A stretch of DNA of 64,000 nt from a virus. Lineage: Duplodnaviria > Caudoviricetes. Location: IMG/VR virus record IMGVR_UViG_3300032007_000028; one strand, given 5' to 3'. Each line of letters opens with the position of its first letter. Position 1 is the stretch's first letter. Below the pieces are notes generated by a model, which worked only from the letters and a program-made list of their open reading frames with translations, was not told the DNA's origin and did not search any database. Below are positions 19,062 through 27,855 of the stretch, one piece after another. The position numbers and the translations under genes are program-made.

Positions 19062-20531
19062 TCACAAATCGATATCGTACATCTTTTTTATATCGGCTTT
19101 CGTAAGCCAACCGTGAAACAGCGCGTCCTTCGCGAACTTATAATTATTCGCATACGTGCGAGCTTTGCCCTTATCGATGACGAAGTTTCCATTTCTGAAC
19201 TGTTTGAGATGATATTCGGTTCTCATCCACAGAAGGGAGTGATTTATGCCCGAATTCGCCCACGTGGAAGGAGCTTTCTCGTCTCTGTTCTGAAACTGCG
19301 TGCATTTGATGCCGTGAATCGTATCGAACGACAAGTCTCTGTATTTATATCTGAGAAGATTGGAGAATATGGTGTCCTCATAACCTTCTCCGTTTTGAGG
19401 GTCTATGTCGACCATCGGCTCCCTCTGATATACGTATCTGCTTATCGCGCAGAGATTGAGTTGGGCCGCATCGTACTGAAGGAAGACGAATCCGTTCGGA
19501 TGCAGATTCAACTCGTCCATGTAGGCTTGCGCTATCAACGGCCCAATCGTCTCCACGATGCAGTCGTCGTCCATCATGATGAGATAGTCGAAATTCGTTT
19601 TCAGAAACGCCTCACGAAGTTTCTTGCGTGCGTTGAGTATGCCGAGTTTCTGGAATTTACGAACATCGACGTTTTTCACAAAGTTCGGTACTTCGTAGTC
19701 CTTCCAGTTCTGAGCGATTATCAGCCAATTTACGTCGCCGAATAAATCGTTAATCTGCTTGAACAGTCTATCAAGTCTCTCGATTCTCAAAGAACGGGCT
19801 GGTTCTGCATCTGGTATATACGACACGACGCCAAACACTTTGCTCAGTTCCCTTGCTTTTCCCTCTTCTTTGTTCAAGAAGTATTCTATTCTGTCCACGT
19901 CGTTCTCTCTGCCGTTGATGTTGTCTATGTCGGTCGTACAGTCGTTTATGCACACGAAATGCGATTCGACAGCGTTCGAATTGATGTTCAAGCCATTTAG
20001 ATGCCTGTATAGTTCCCACGCTATTGGATGACGCGCAACCTTTCCCTTTTTGTACAACTCCTTCACTTCACGTATGCCTTTGAAGAACGATTTCGTGTCG
20101 AAGACCTTGAATGCGAACGGTTCATACCATGTCTTGATTAAATACCCTTCCGATGAAGTGGGATTGCTTCCGAACAGCAAAGACGTATCCGATTGGGCAT
20201 CGACGATTCTGTCAATCGCCCTCTCGCTGTAGAAGACGTCGCCGAAAAGATAGCAACATGATTCGCCGAAATCGTGAAACGCGTCGAGCCACCAGCCCTT
20301 CATATTCGTCCACGACTTGTCTTGGCTGAAGTCGTTTTTTCTGTCCTCTACGCGTGTTACCCCACACGAATCGAACGCAGGGTTGTTGCTCGTTATCACA
20401 ATGTCTTCTATCCCACGCTCTCTGAGAAGGCGAATCGTTCTGTCTACGATTCTCTCGCCTCTGACTTTCGCGAATTGCTTTGGGGTCGCGAAGTTTTTGT
20501 ATTGTCCCCCACACATTATGACATACTTCAT
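19062..20531 (-). CDS. NTP-transferase (MobA/LicC-like) fused to GT-A glycosyltransferase-like domain
   Basis: YVIMCGG..PKQF..GD motif; C-half YLIMMDDD, paralogous to 29521-30144. Confidence 0.7.
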   Translation of the reverse strand: MKYVIMCGGQYKNFATPKQFAKVRGERIVDRTIRLLRERGIEDIVITSNNPAFDSCGVTRVEDRKNDFSQDKSWTNMKGWWLDAFHDFGESCCYLFGDVFYSERAIDRIVDAQSDTSLLFGSNPTSSEGYLIKTWYEPFAFKVFDTKSFFKGIREVKELYKKGKVARHPIAWELYRHLNGLNINSNAVESHFVCINDCTTDIDNINGRENDVDRIEYFLNKEEGKARELSKVFGVVSYIPDAEPARSLRIERLDRLFKQINDLFGDVNWLIIAQNWKDYEVPNFVKNVDVRKFQKLGILNARKKLREAFLKTNFDYLIMMDDDCIVETIGPLIAQAYMDELNLHPNGFVFLQYDAAQLNLCAISRYVYQREPMVDIDPQNGEGYEDTIFSNLLRYKYRDLSFDTIHGIKCTQFQNRDEKAPSTWANSGINHSLLWMRTEYHLKQFRNGNFVIDKGKARTYANNYKFAKDALFHGWLTKADIKKMYDIDL

Positions 20532-20908
20532 GCATTGATTCCTTTCTTCAGATAACTACTCGAAACGTTGGGCGTCCTATCGACGTACACGACCGCACAG
20601 TCGAGATAATCGAACTTGCCAATCCAATCGCTTCCCATCACGAATACGTCGATGCCGTATTTGCGTATGTCGTCCGCTTTCTGCTCCCACGACGTCTCTG
20701 GGATTATCTCGTCTACGTACTTTATCGCCTCCAGAAGCCTCTTACGTTCGTCGTACTTCAAAAACGACTTCTTCCCTTTCAGCTCGTTGAACTCGTCAGT
20801 CGATAGACCCACGATTAGATAATCTCCAAGTTCCTTCGCCCTACGAAGAAGATTGATGTGCCCGTAATGCAGTGTGTCGAATGTTCCATAGGTGATTACT
20901 TTCGTCAT
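20528..20908 (-). CDS. tagD: Glycerol-3-phosphate cytidylyltransferase
   Basis: VITYGTFDTLHYGHINLL..RTPNVSSS, HxGH and RTxxxSS motifs, 126 aa. Confidence 0.9.
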   Translation of the reverse strand: MTKVITYGTFDTLHYGHINLLRRAKELGDYLIVGLSTDEFNELKGKKSFLKYDERKRLLEAIKYVDEIIPETSWEQKADDIRKYGIDVFVMGSDWIGKFDYLDCAVVYVDRTPNVSSSYLKKGINA

Positions 20909-20948
20909 ACTTTAAATTTAGTAGTCGATACAAGAGATGCGAAAACTG

Positions 20949-20977
20949 TTGACGTTCATCCCAATATGCGATATAAT
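20949..20977 (+). promoter_or_regulatory. Sigma70 promoter for the plus-strand gene pair
   Basis: TTGACG-17-TATAAT followed by AAGGAG SD. Confidence 0.7.
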
Positions 20978-21006
20978 GTATACACAATCGAAAAAGGAGA
21001 ACGACC

Positions 21007-21201
21007 ATGAAGAGATACGAAGTCTACATCTACAAAGGATTCCACTGCTGGTTACGCAGTGAGACGGACGACCTTCAAACCGCGCTCAACAATGCAGTTG
21101 AGATTGAAAAAAGCTCAAACGAAGACTTCGAGGGTACGGCTATCTATGACAATAAGTCCGAACGCTGGTTCAATCGTCACGAGCGTGGCACTGCGAGGTA
21201 A
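21007..21201 (+). CDS. Hypothetical early protein
   Basis: Promoter + SD + 64 aa ORF. Confidence 0.7.
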   Translation: MKRYEVYIYKGFHCWLRSETDDLQTALNNAVEIEKSSNEDFEGTAIYDNKSERWFNRHERGTAR

Positions 21202-21209
21202 GTAAGAAC

Positions 21210-21479
21210 ATGAACACATACAAAGTATCGCTGTGGTGCGGGAGAGGATACTATCTCAACGAACCAGTCATCGTCGATGCCGAAGACGATGAGGAAGCAT
21301 TGGTCAAAGCGAGCATCGCAGACAGAAACTGCTACAAGGTCTGTACGAACGGCCTGCTTGACTTCATGAACGACGAACTCGAAAACGACGAGAGATACAT
21401 CTATCTAGATAGAAGTTGCTACGATGCGTATAACTGCTATCTGCTAATCGAAAACGCGAGAGTCGAGAAACTGTCTTAA
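21210..21479 (+). CDS. Hypothetical early protein
   Basis: GAGGT SD, 89 aa, followed by a terminator. Confidence 0.7.
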   Translation: MNTYKVSLWCGRGYYLNEPVIVDAEDDEEALVKASIADRNCYKVCTNGLLDFMNDELENDERYIYLDRSCYDAYNCYLLIENARVEKLS

Positions 21480-21482
21480 AAC

Positions 21483-21512
21483 AAAAGGGAGATGCTACTC
21501 TCCCTTTTTATT
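21483..21512. terminator. Bidirectional terminator
   Basis: AAAAGGGAG-ATGCTA-CTCTCCCTTTT between convergent genes. Confidence 0.7.
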
Positions 21513-21532
21513 TATTTACTTATCGTTTTCGA

Positions 21533-21739
21533 TTAAGCCAATGCGATTGTATGTTCGACGATGTCTGCTCCACCAATTAACAATATCGCGTTGTTCTCTA
21601 TCGTCGACGCACCGAGGATGATGTCGTTACCCTCTATGATGTCGGGTTGAACGGGTGTGGGCTGAGAACCTTCTTCGACCCCCGACTGCATGTTCGTGAT
21701 GAACGACAGAATGTGTTCTACGTAAGATTTTCTTTTCAT
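21533..21739 (-). CDS. Small protein, YVExI..FITN tag family
   Basis: N-terminus shared with 21759 and 39629 ORFs; AGGAG SD. Confidence 0.65.
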   Translation of the reverse strand: MKRKSYVEHILSFITNMQSGVEEGSQPTPVQPDIIEGNDIILGASTIENNAILLIGGADIVEHTIALA

Positions 21740-21758
21740 TTGTAGGTCTCCTTTAAAT

Positions 21759-22244
21759 TTATTCGCCTTTCAGATTGTAATATGAGATGAAGGTATTTCC
21801 ATCTTCGGAAAGGAAGCCGTAGTAAGCGGAACAAGTCGGCAAACAAATCTTTGTATTGTCTGTAACTTCTTCTTGGCTGTCGACGACTGTGAAAGCACGA
21901 GATTCATAAGTAGAACCAGAACCTTTTATAAGATGCCAAATAGGTTGTCCATCTTGTTGTTGACCCAATTGCAGTCTAAAAGTATATTGCATCGAAGGAT
22001 AGCCGATGCTAGCATTTAGTCGAGGAAATGATGATGCTTCAACTGGTTCAGCAGTTAATAGATTAAGATTTATTACTTCAGCCGCTTCTTCTATTGCTTC
22101 CAAATCAAACTCACATTTGTGATAGTAATCGACGCCGTCAATCGTGATGACAGGAACGGGTCCAACAGGTCCCTGTTCTTCGCTCCTCGAAGGTCTCATA
22201 TTTGATATAAACGCGGTTATGTTTTCTACATAAGTAGTATGCAT
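21759..22244 (-). CDS. YVExI..FITN tag + variable domain protein
   Basis: GPVPVITIDGVDYYH identical to the 39629 ORF; late motif at 22273. Confidence 0.7.
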   Translation of the reverse strand: MHTTYVENITAFISNMRPSRSEEQGPVGPVPVITIDGVDYYHKCEFDLEAIEEAAEVINLNLLTAEPVEASSFPRLNASIGYPSMQYTFRLQLGQQQDGQPIWHLIKGSGSTYESRAFTVVDSQEEVTDNTKICLPTCSAYYGFLSEDGNTFISYYNLKGE

Positions 22245-22355
22245 TAAAATATCTCCTTTATTCGTTTCAATCAATTTAGCAACGAGTGGAAAGAGCTGAA
22301 AACAAAGAAAAAGTCTCAGTCTTAAGACTGAGACGTAGAGGATGAAGGATGAAGA

Positions 22356-22862
22356 TTAAGCAGTTTCTTCAACCCAAGTCAAAGTTCCGTTAACAGCTTT
22401 GAGAACGTAGGTTTTGGAAGATGCATCAGTTGGAAGCACAGGGCACGTTTTACACCAAGGCAGCCCATTAAGCCACGCAGAGATGTAAGGCAGTGCAGAG
22501 GTCTTATCTACATCTGTACGAGCACCAGCTATCATACCATCGTTATCTGCTATAATACTTGTGATATAGACGGTAAAGCGAGCCAAGCCACCGTGGTCAT
22601 CAAAGTTGTACAAACAATTTTCGTTGATAAACTTATTACCATAAGTAGCAACTATTTCCGAAGGTGTCTTAAACGAAAGAATATCTCCATCGTATACAGG
22701 TATATAATTACTGCTTCCACCGGCTTCTCCAAGTTCGTAGCCGCCAGCGACCGCAACTTTCAACACTTTGCCGGCGTCTTCTGATGTTGCTTCAGGTATG
22801 CGTGCATCTTGTATCTCATACTCAACATCATTCTTTTTTACTTTGTTTACGAAATCTGACAT
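22356..22862 (-). CDS. Fibre/adhesin-like protein, FVNKVKK..DARIP tag family (copy A)
   Basis: Shared ~50-aa N-terminus with 40735, 46614, 62902; C-terminal KTYVLKAVNGTLTWVEE shared with 40735. Confidence 0.7.
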   Translation of the reverse strand: MSDFVNKVKKNDVEYEIQDARIPEATSEDAGKVLKVAVAGGYELGEAGGSSNYIPVYDGDILSFKTPSEIVATYGNKFINENCLYNFDDHGGLARFTVYITSIIADNDGMIAGARTDVDKTSALPYISAWLNGLPWCKTCPVLPTDASSKTYVLKAVNGTLTWVEETA

Positions 22863-22873
22863 AGCAATCAAAA

Positions 22874-22979
22874 ACCTCCTAAGATTTCATATTCACTCAG
22901 GAAGTTATATCAGGGTCACCCCCCCCCCCTCACGTCTCATGAGAAGGAAAACGACCTTGAGTGCTCGCTTAATTTAGCA
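22874..22979 (-). promoter_or_regulatory. Late promoter + G11-tract hairpin + SD-occluding hairpin leader (copy A)
   Basis: C11 at 22919-22929 on plus strand; ACTTCCTGAG/CTTAGGAGGT stem. Confidence 0.7.
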
Positions 22980-22994
22980 AAGAAAAAGCGTACA

Positions 22995-23222
22995 TCAGTA
23001 CGCTTTGTATCTAATCACCTCATCTATGCCGTACTTGCTTTTGAAGTAATCAATCTCCTTCATGCAACCACTCAATGTGCCAATATATGACGATTCAACT
23101 TCGTTTCCCTCTTGGTCTTCGACGATGATGCACCAAGAACGAACGTGTCTGTCGTACCCATACGTGATTCGCGTTGGCTTCGAATCATAGGCTTTTTCGG
23201 GTTCGTCGAATACTATTTTCAT
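22995..23222 (-). CDS. Hypothetical protein
   Basis: 75 aa, AGGAGG SD. Confidence 0.65.
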   Translation of the reverse strand: MKIVFDEPEKAYDSKPTRITYGYDRHVRSWCIIVEDQEGNEVESSYIGTLSGCMKEIDYFKSKYGIDEVIRYKAY

Positions 23223-23234
23223 TGCTGGTCCTCC

Positions 23235-23453
23235 TTATTCGATTACGATTTCACGACATTGCGATTTATAGTAGTCGTATTCTCGTTGATTGAGCCAGAA
23301 CCAGCCCATATCGTCTGTACCGAAGTCCCTATCGTCTTCAGTGATATACGAACCACCGTCGATGAGATGAACTGGATGCTTGCCCTTCGTCTTGACGTCG
23401 TAGATATGCATCTTCGTGGGCTCGAAGTCTGCCCCAATGAATTTAATGCTCAT
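23235..23453 (-). CDS. Hypothetical protein
   Basis: 72 aa in operon. Confidence 0.6.
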   Translation of the reverse strand: MSIKFIGADFEPTKMHIYDVKTKGKHPVHLIDGGSYITEDDRDFGTDDMGWFWLNQREYDYYKSQCREIVIE

Positions 23454-23459
23454 ACGTAA

Positions 23460-23651
23460 CTATTTCCCGTAGACTTCTTGGAACAACTTTTGATAGAGTG
23501 CTTCAGCTTCGTCAAGGCGTTCTTTGAGAACGGTGGGTTTTTCGTAAGCGCCTTCGCTTCCACGAACAGTCTCATCCAAATGCATAACATAATTGCCGAC
23601 TAACTGAATGAGAAGTAATAATTCTTTGTTGCTGAGTTCATTAATGTTCAT
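23460..23651 (-). CDS. Hypothetical protein
   Basis: 63 aa, GAGG SD, TTGACG..TATAAT upstream (about 23674-23702). Confidence 0.65.
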   Translation of the reverse strand: MNINELSNKELLLLIQLVGNYVMHLDETVRGSEGAYEKPTVLKERLDEAEALYQKLFQEVYGK

Positions 23652-23705
23652 ACAATTCTACCTCTTTGCTTATATTATAGTGCGTAAGAGACGAGACGTC
23701 AACTA

Positions 23706-24338
23706 TCAATTCACCTCTGAATAATCATCCTCTTTCAGTTCGTATTTGCACAATTTCTTCAGACGCTTCATTTCCGTTTTGGAGTTCGCTATTAGATATA
23801 GATATCGATTCTTCGAGAATCTCTTCACCGGAATCCAACCACGCTCTTTGGCCATTTCCTTCGTGATGTTGACGCCACACTGTCTAGGATGTCTTAACCT
23901 ACCGTCTTTGTCGAGAAAGAACGTCGCTTGACCAGTCTTCCCTATATAATAAAAGTGCGTAGCTTGATATACGATTCCCTTATGACCTTGCGTAGAGTCC
24001 GAAAAAGAAATAACTGCCTTTATTCTGGGCAAATCTGTCTTAAGCAACTTCAAACATCTGGATATGAAATACGACTCCGTATTCTTTGGGGTACCGTCTA
24101 GCACATGAAGACGATGCAGTTCTATGACGCTGTCTTTATACTCTTCGCCAAACACGGATGCCCGTACGTTCTCAGAACACGGGGTTGCAAAAGCAAGCGC
24201 ACCAATCAGATTCCCCTCTTTGTCGAATAAACCGTAACAGGGAGAAGGGCCGTTATGACAACCGTGGGAATAATGATTCTTTATGATGTATTCTTTCGCT
24301 TGTTTAGCTGGAATTCTTTTAACCTCGTAATCAATCAT
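23706..24338 (-). CDS. Mom-like (GNAT-fold) DNA adenine modification enzyme
   Basis: HYSH..YGLF..ELHRL..PKNTESYFISRCLK..ISFSDSTQGHKGIVYQAT pattern of Mom family. Confidence 0.75.
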   Translation of the reverse strand: MIDYEVKRIPAKQAKEYIIKNHYSHGCHNGPSPCYGLFDKEGNLIGALAFATPCSENVRASVFGEEYKDSVIELHRLHVLDGTPKNTESYFISRCLKLLKTDLPRIKAVISFSDSTQGHKGIVYQATHFYYIGKTGQATFFLDKDGRLRHPRQCGVNITKEMAKERGWIPVKRFSKNRYLYLIANSKTEMKRLKKLCKYELKEDDYSEVN

Positions 24339-24363
24339 TTTTAGCCTCGTAATCAATCATCGT

Positions 24364-25011
24364 TTAATTATTATACAATATTCTTTTCAAACATTCGTAA
24401 GTGAACAAGTCTGTGAGATTATAACAATCGAGCATATTGTTGTCGAGAAAGTAAGAACGATTCTTAGACAACTGCTCAGGCGCAATCGACATGAATTCAT
24501 TCATCATGCGAACGATGCCGTGAACGCACATATCGACTGGCAACGAACCACAATTCTTGGTGAACGACGGGGCATCGTAATCGAAGCCTTGAACGTCATG
24601 TGCGCCAAACAATCGCTCAATCACAGACGAAGTAAGTTGAATGAAGAACGGGATTCTAACCACTTTATATCCCGCTTTCGTATAGAGCTTTTCGCTCTCG
24701 CTGTCACGTTCAATCTGATGTTTGCTTTGATAGTGAGGAAGACCGTCGAACTCGACAATCAACTTCAAAGATTCGCTTTTGTAGTCAGGTCTCTTTCTGC
24801 TGATGCTCTTATCGCTTCCACCAAACGGCTTATCGTGTATGAAGTCGTCTACGTTCGGAAATATGCGCTTAAGATACACATCTAATCCAGTGCGTTCGAT
24901 TCCCGTGTCTACGTCGACACCTGCGCGTTCTGCGTCTTCTGTTGTTTCTCTCAAATAACCTAGTTTCATAGTTTCATTATACAGTCGTTTTGAATCTACG
25001 TCAATATGCAA
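24364..25011 (-). CDS. DUF559/Vsr-like endonuclease
   Basis: RPDY..LIVEFDGLPHY..RD..GYKVVRIP. Confidence 0.7.
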   Translation of the reverse strand: MHIDVDSKRLYNETMKLGYLRETTEDAERAGVDVDTGIERTGLDVYLKRIFPNVDDFIHDKPFGGSDKSISRKRPDYKSESLKLIVEFDGLPHYQSKHQIERDSESEKLYTKAGYKVVRIPFFIQLTSSVIERLFGAHDVQGFDYDAPSFTKNCGSLPVDMCVHGIVRMMNEFMSIAPEQLSKNRSYFLDNNMLDCYNLTDLFTYECLKRILYNN

Positions 25012-25040
25012 AAAAAAGAGACTCCGAAGAGTCTCTTTTG
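25009..25040 (-). terminator. Terminator after major capsid gene
   Basis: AAAGAGACT-CCGAAG-AGTCTCTTT with A run. Confidence 0.75.
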
Positions 25041-25058
25041 TCGTTAGTCGAGCCTGAA

Positions 25059-26123
25059 TTAGGCGCCAACTTCGGCGGTCGGGACCACCTGGTTGGCTTC
25101 GGCGTTCTTGACGTCGACAACTTCGCCAGCAACCAAGAGAGCGGTGTTGAGAAGTTTTAAATCGTACAACGTCATCCAGCCTTGGCTGTTACCACCGTCA
25201 GCGAAGTTGAGCAACGCGGTCGGGGTGATGACCATGTAGGGAGCGAAGACGGCCGCAGAGGTCATGAGGTCGTCGCCGTTGAAGCCGCAGAACCACTTGC
25301 CGGGTTCGAGGATGGGGCTGACGAAGACTTTGAGACCGTTGAGGGTACCAGCGAAGTAGGGACCATTGCGGACTGCGGAAGCGGCAGCCTTCCAACCACG
25401 CATCAAAGCGAGCATGGGCTTGACGTTGGAGGCGCACACCATGTAGTTGGCGTGATAGCGTTGAGTTCTGTCGAAGATGATTCTGGAAGCCTGTTCGATG
25501 GTTTCAGAGAAAGCTTCGTAGTGCTGTTCCATGGAGATTCCGACAGGGACTCTCTTGTTGAACACGAGCGTTTCGTCTTTCGGAGCGGCGCCAGCGAGCA
25601 ACTTGACGATTTCGGTGTCGATTTCGTAAGAGAGTTCAGCGACTGCTTGCTTCGCGAGGACGTCACCGAGGTCGAGGCCCATTTCGGTCTTGGCTTGGAA
25701 AGCGGCCATCTGGTCGAAGTAGATAGCGATACGACGCGGTTTGGCTTCGAGGGCGATGCCTTCGACTTTCATGCCAAGGGTCGGGAGGTCGTTTGCGGGG
25801 ATGCGGACTTGGTCATAGAGATATTTGACCTTGACGATGCCGGAAGCACCGGTGATTTTGACTTCGCCAGTGGCTGCGTCGACGACTTCGATGGAAGCAC
25901 CGGATTCGGCACCAACGAGTTCGGGAGCGTAGGCAGCGGAGATAGGAGTCCAAGCGAGGAAAGCTTTGCCTTCTTCACCGACTTCGACGAGTTCAGCGAC
26001 TGCTTGGGAGGTGTAGTCGATGCGAGCATCGGACATCTTGCCAAGGGCGAACGGGTCATTGAAGACGTCACCTTTTTCGATACCGCCTTTGTTGGAAAGG
26101 GCGATGAAGCGGATGTATTGAAT
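25059..26123 (-). CDS. Major capsid protein (T4 gp23-like), exon 2
   Basis: IQYIRF...EAKPRRI..ELSYEIDTEI..GTLNG..VFAPYM; strongly biased codon usage; joins exon 1 in frame to give 451 aa. Confidence 0.9.
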   Translation of the reverse strand: MQYIRFIALSNKGGIEKGDVFNDPFALGKMSDARIDYTSQAVAELVEVGEEGKAFLAWTPISAAYAPELVGAESGASIEVVDAATGEVKITGASGIVKVKYLYDQVRIPANDLPTLGMKVEGIALEAKPRRIAIYFDQMAAFQAKTEMGLDLGDVLAKQAVAELSYEIDTEIVKLLAGAAPKDETLVFNKRVPVGISMEQHYEAFSETIEQASRIIFDRTQRYHANYMVCASNVKPMLALMRGWKAAASAVRNGPYFAGTLNGLKVFVSPILEPGKWFCGFNGDDLMTSAAVFAPYMVITPTALLNFADGGNSQGWMTLYDLKLLNTALLVAGEVVDVKNAEANQVVPTAEVGA

Positions 26124-27516
26124 CGGTTCTGTTAATCATGTATATTCTTAGTAAATGACTTTGTAGTTAAGACGATTTCTTTTCGCACAGGCTAGTTTCT
26201 CAGGGTCTCTTATCGTCCAGACCTCTATCGCTGTCTGATAGAATTTGGACGTCTTGGCGAGTTCCTGCCATTTGCGAAGTTTCTCTCTACATTCCTCATC
26301 GTTCTCGTCGTACGGCTTACCACCGTGCGTCCAATGAGCGTTGAGTTCGATGAAGAGGTCGTCTTCGACTATGTAGAAGTCACAGTAGTAAGGATATCTT
26401 TTCTTGTCCTTGTACTGTCTGTATATGGTCTTGTTTACGTTTTCTTTGAGCAGTTGTCTGTACAGGTCTTCCTCAGGCTTAGAGTAATTAACAGTACCAT
26501 TAAGTTTCTTCGTGAGAAACGCCTTCGTGACGCGCATTTTTATCTGCTCTGGCGACAAGCGGCTGTTCATGGTTCTCATGTTGTCGCGAACTTTTTTGGA
26601 AACAGGATGTCCCATTTTCGACTTCGATATCTTTTCGATTACTTCATTAGGTCTCTTTTTACCTTTTTGATAGCTTGCTGTGCTTCTTATTTTGGTATGA
26701 GACCTTATGTAATAATACGTTACAGTGTTCGTATAGCCGAATTTTTTAGAACATTGCGTTACCGTGCTTCCTCCTTCGTACATCTCGACGATGCGTTTCC
26801 CTATTTCTTCGGGAATTTCGAGTGTGTGCGATTCGGAGTTGGAACGTATTTCGATACCGTGTTCTTTGAGGACTCTTCTGACCACTTTTGCGCTAAGATT
26901 CAGTTCCTTAGCGCATTTCTCGACGGTTTTCTTTTCGTTTACGTATTTGCTAACGACCTGCTTTTGCAGTTCTTCGTCGACTTTGGTTCTTTGAGCCTCT
27001 GACATCTTTCTTCTAGTCTCTTCAGACCGTTTGATGCCTTTAAGTTTGCGAGAAATCTTTTGTCTCGCTTCTTTCGATATCTTTGCCATATACAATTCTC
27101 CACAAAGCATTACTTCTCGTTCAAGCGTCAGTCGACTTTCGTCGAGCGAGTTGTGGCTCGCTATCTTGAACGATGCTGTCATTTACCAGTAATATCAAAC
27201 TCACTACATTACTATAGTGTCCAGACTATATTATCATCCAATTTCGTCTCATCCTAATTGGATGCCACATCTTTCGGACCGAAGTCCTACTCTACTTGCT
27301 TCTTCATCTTGATATTTCTTCAAGACTATGCTTTCGATAGTCGTTGAGCCTTGTCTGAGAGTCGCGAGCGTAACTGATAGTAAAGGAATAAATCTATCTT
27401 ATTTTACGCGACTTTTTTCTCAAACCTTGGTTGCTGATTGCCCTTACTGGAGGGTTTTCCAGCAGTTAATGTGGTTTTTTGCTGATGCATTACTGCATCA
27501 GGGATTCTATCAGTTA
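26124..27516 (-). mobile_element. Group I intron in the major capsid gene
   Basis: P1 GGATTT/GAATCC with U.G at the 5' splice site; core AATCAGCAACCAAG, TCAACGACTA, ATATAGTCT; terminal G at 26124. Confidence 0.9.
26148..27089 (-). CDS. Intron-encoded homing endonuclease (NUMOD3/HTH repeats + Vsr-like EDxHD-type nuclease)
   Basis: KRSEETRRKMSEA NUMOD3; YYCDFY..FIELNAHWTHG; located 3' of the intron core. Confidence 0.8.
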   Translation of the reverse strand: MAKISKEARQKISRKLKGIKRSEETRRKMSEAQRTKVDEELQKQVVSKYVNEKKTVEKCAKELNLSAKVVRRVLKEHGIEIRSNSESHTLEIPEEIGKRIVEMYEGGSTVTQCSKKFGYTNTVTYYYIRSHTKIRSTASYQKGKKRPNEVIEKISKSKMGHPVSKKVRDNMRTMNSRLSPEQIKMRVTKAFLTKKLNGTVNYSKPEEDLYRQLLKENVNKTIYRQYKDKKRYPYYCDFYIVEDDLFIELNAHWTHGGKPYDENDEECREKLRKWQELAKTSKFYQTAIEVWTIRDPEKLACAKRNRLNYKVIY

Positions 27517-27807
27517 AAATCCTGTACGGGAAGCCATCGGACGAACGATGACGAGTTCGGGAGCGATGAGGTTGGGGATGGCGACCTGCGTGATGTCCAA
27601 GGTGAACTTCTTGAAGGTACCCATGTCTGCGAGCTGAGTAGCACCAGAGTTGGAGAAGGCTTCGTTGATGTTCTTGAGCAAGGTGGCGGTCACGTTCTTT
27701 TGATGTTCGGGAAGGGTTTCGCCCATGTGATTGGCCTTGTAGGCGGCTTCAGTGAGGGAAAGTCTTCTCGCATAAGCTTCGGTGAGCTGTTTTGCTTTGA
27801 GTTGCAT
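27517..27807 (-). CDS. Major capsid protein, exon 1
   Basis: ..IPNLIAPELVIVRPMASRTGF matches the gp23 VQPMxxPTG region. Confidence 0.9.
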
Positions 27808-27855
27808 TCTATTCTTTTCCTTTATAATGTTAAATGTGTTTACGTTTTCGGACTG

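Noticed and set aside
22880-22940. G tract acting as a frameshift switch in an upstream peptide fused to the gene
   Set aside because: The ATG at 22940 has no SD and the other two leaders lack an equivalent ATG; an RNA-structure role fits all three copies better.
25059-26036. 325-aa ORF as a complete capsid protein and 27514-27807 as a separate gene
   Set aside because: They are exons of one intron-split gene.
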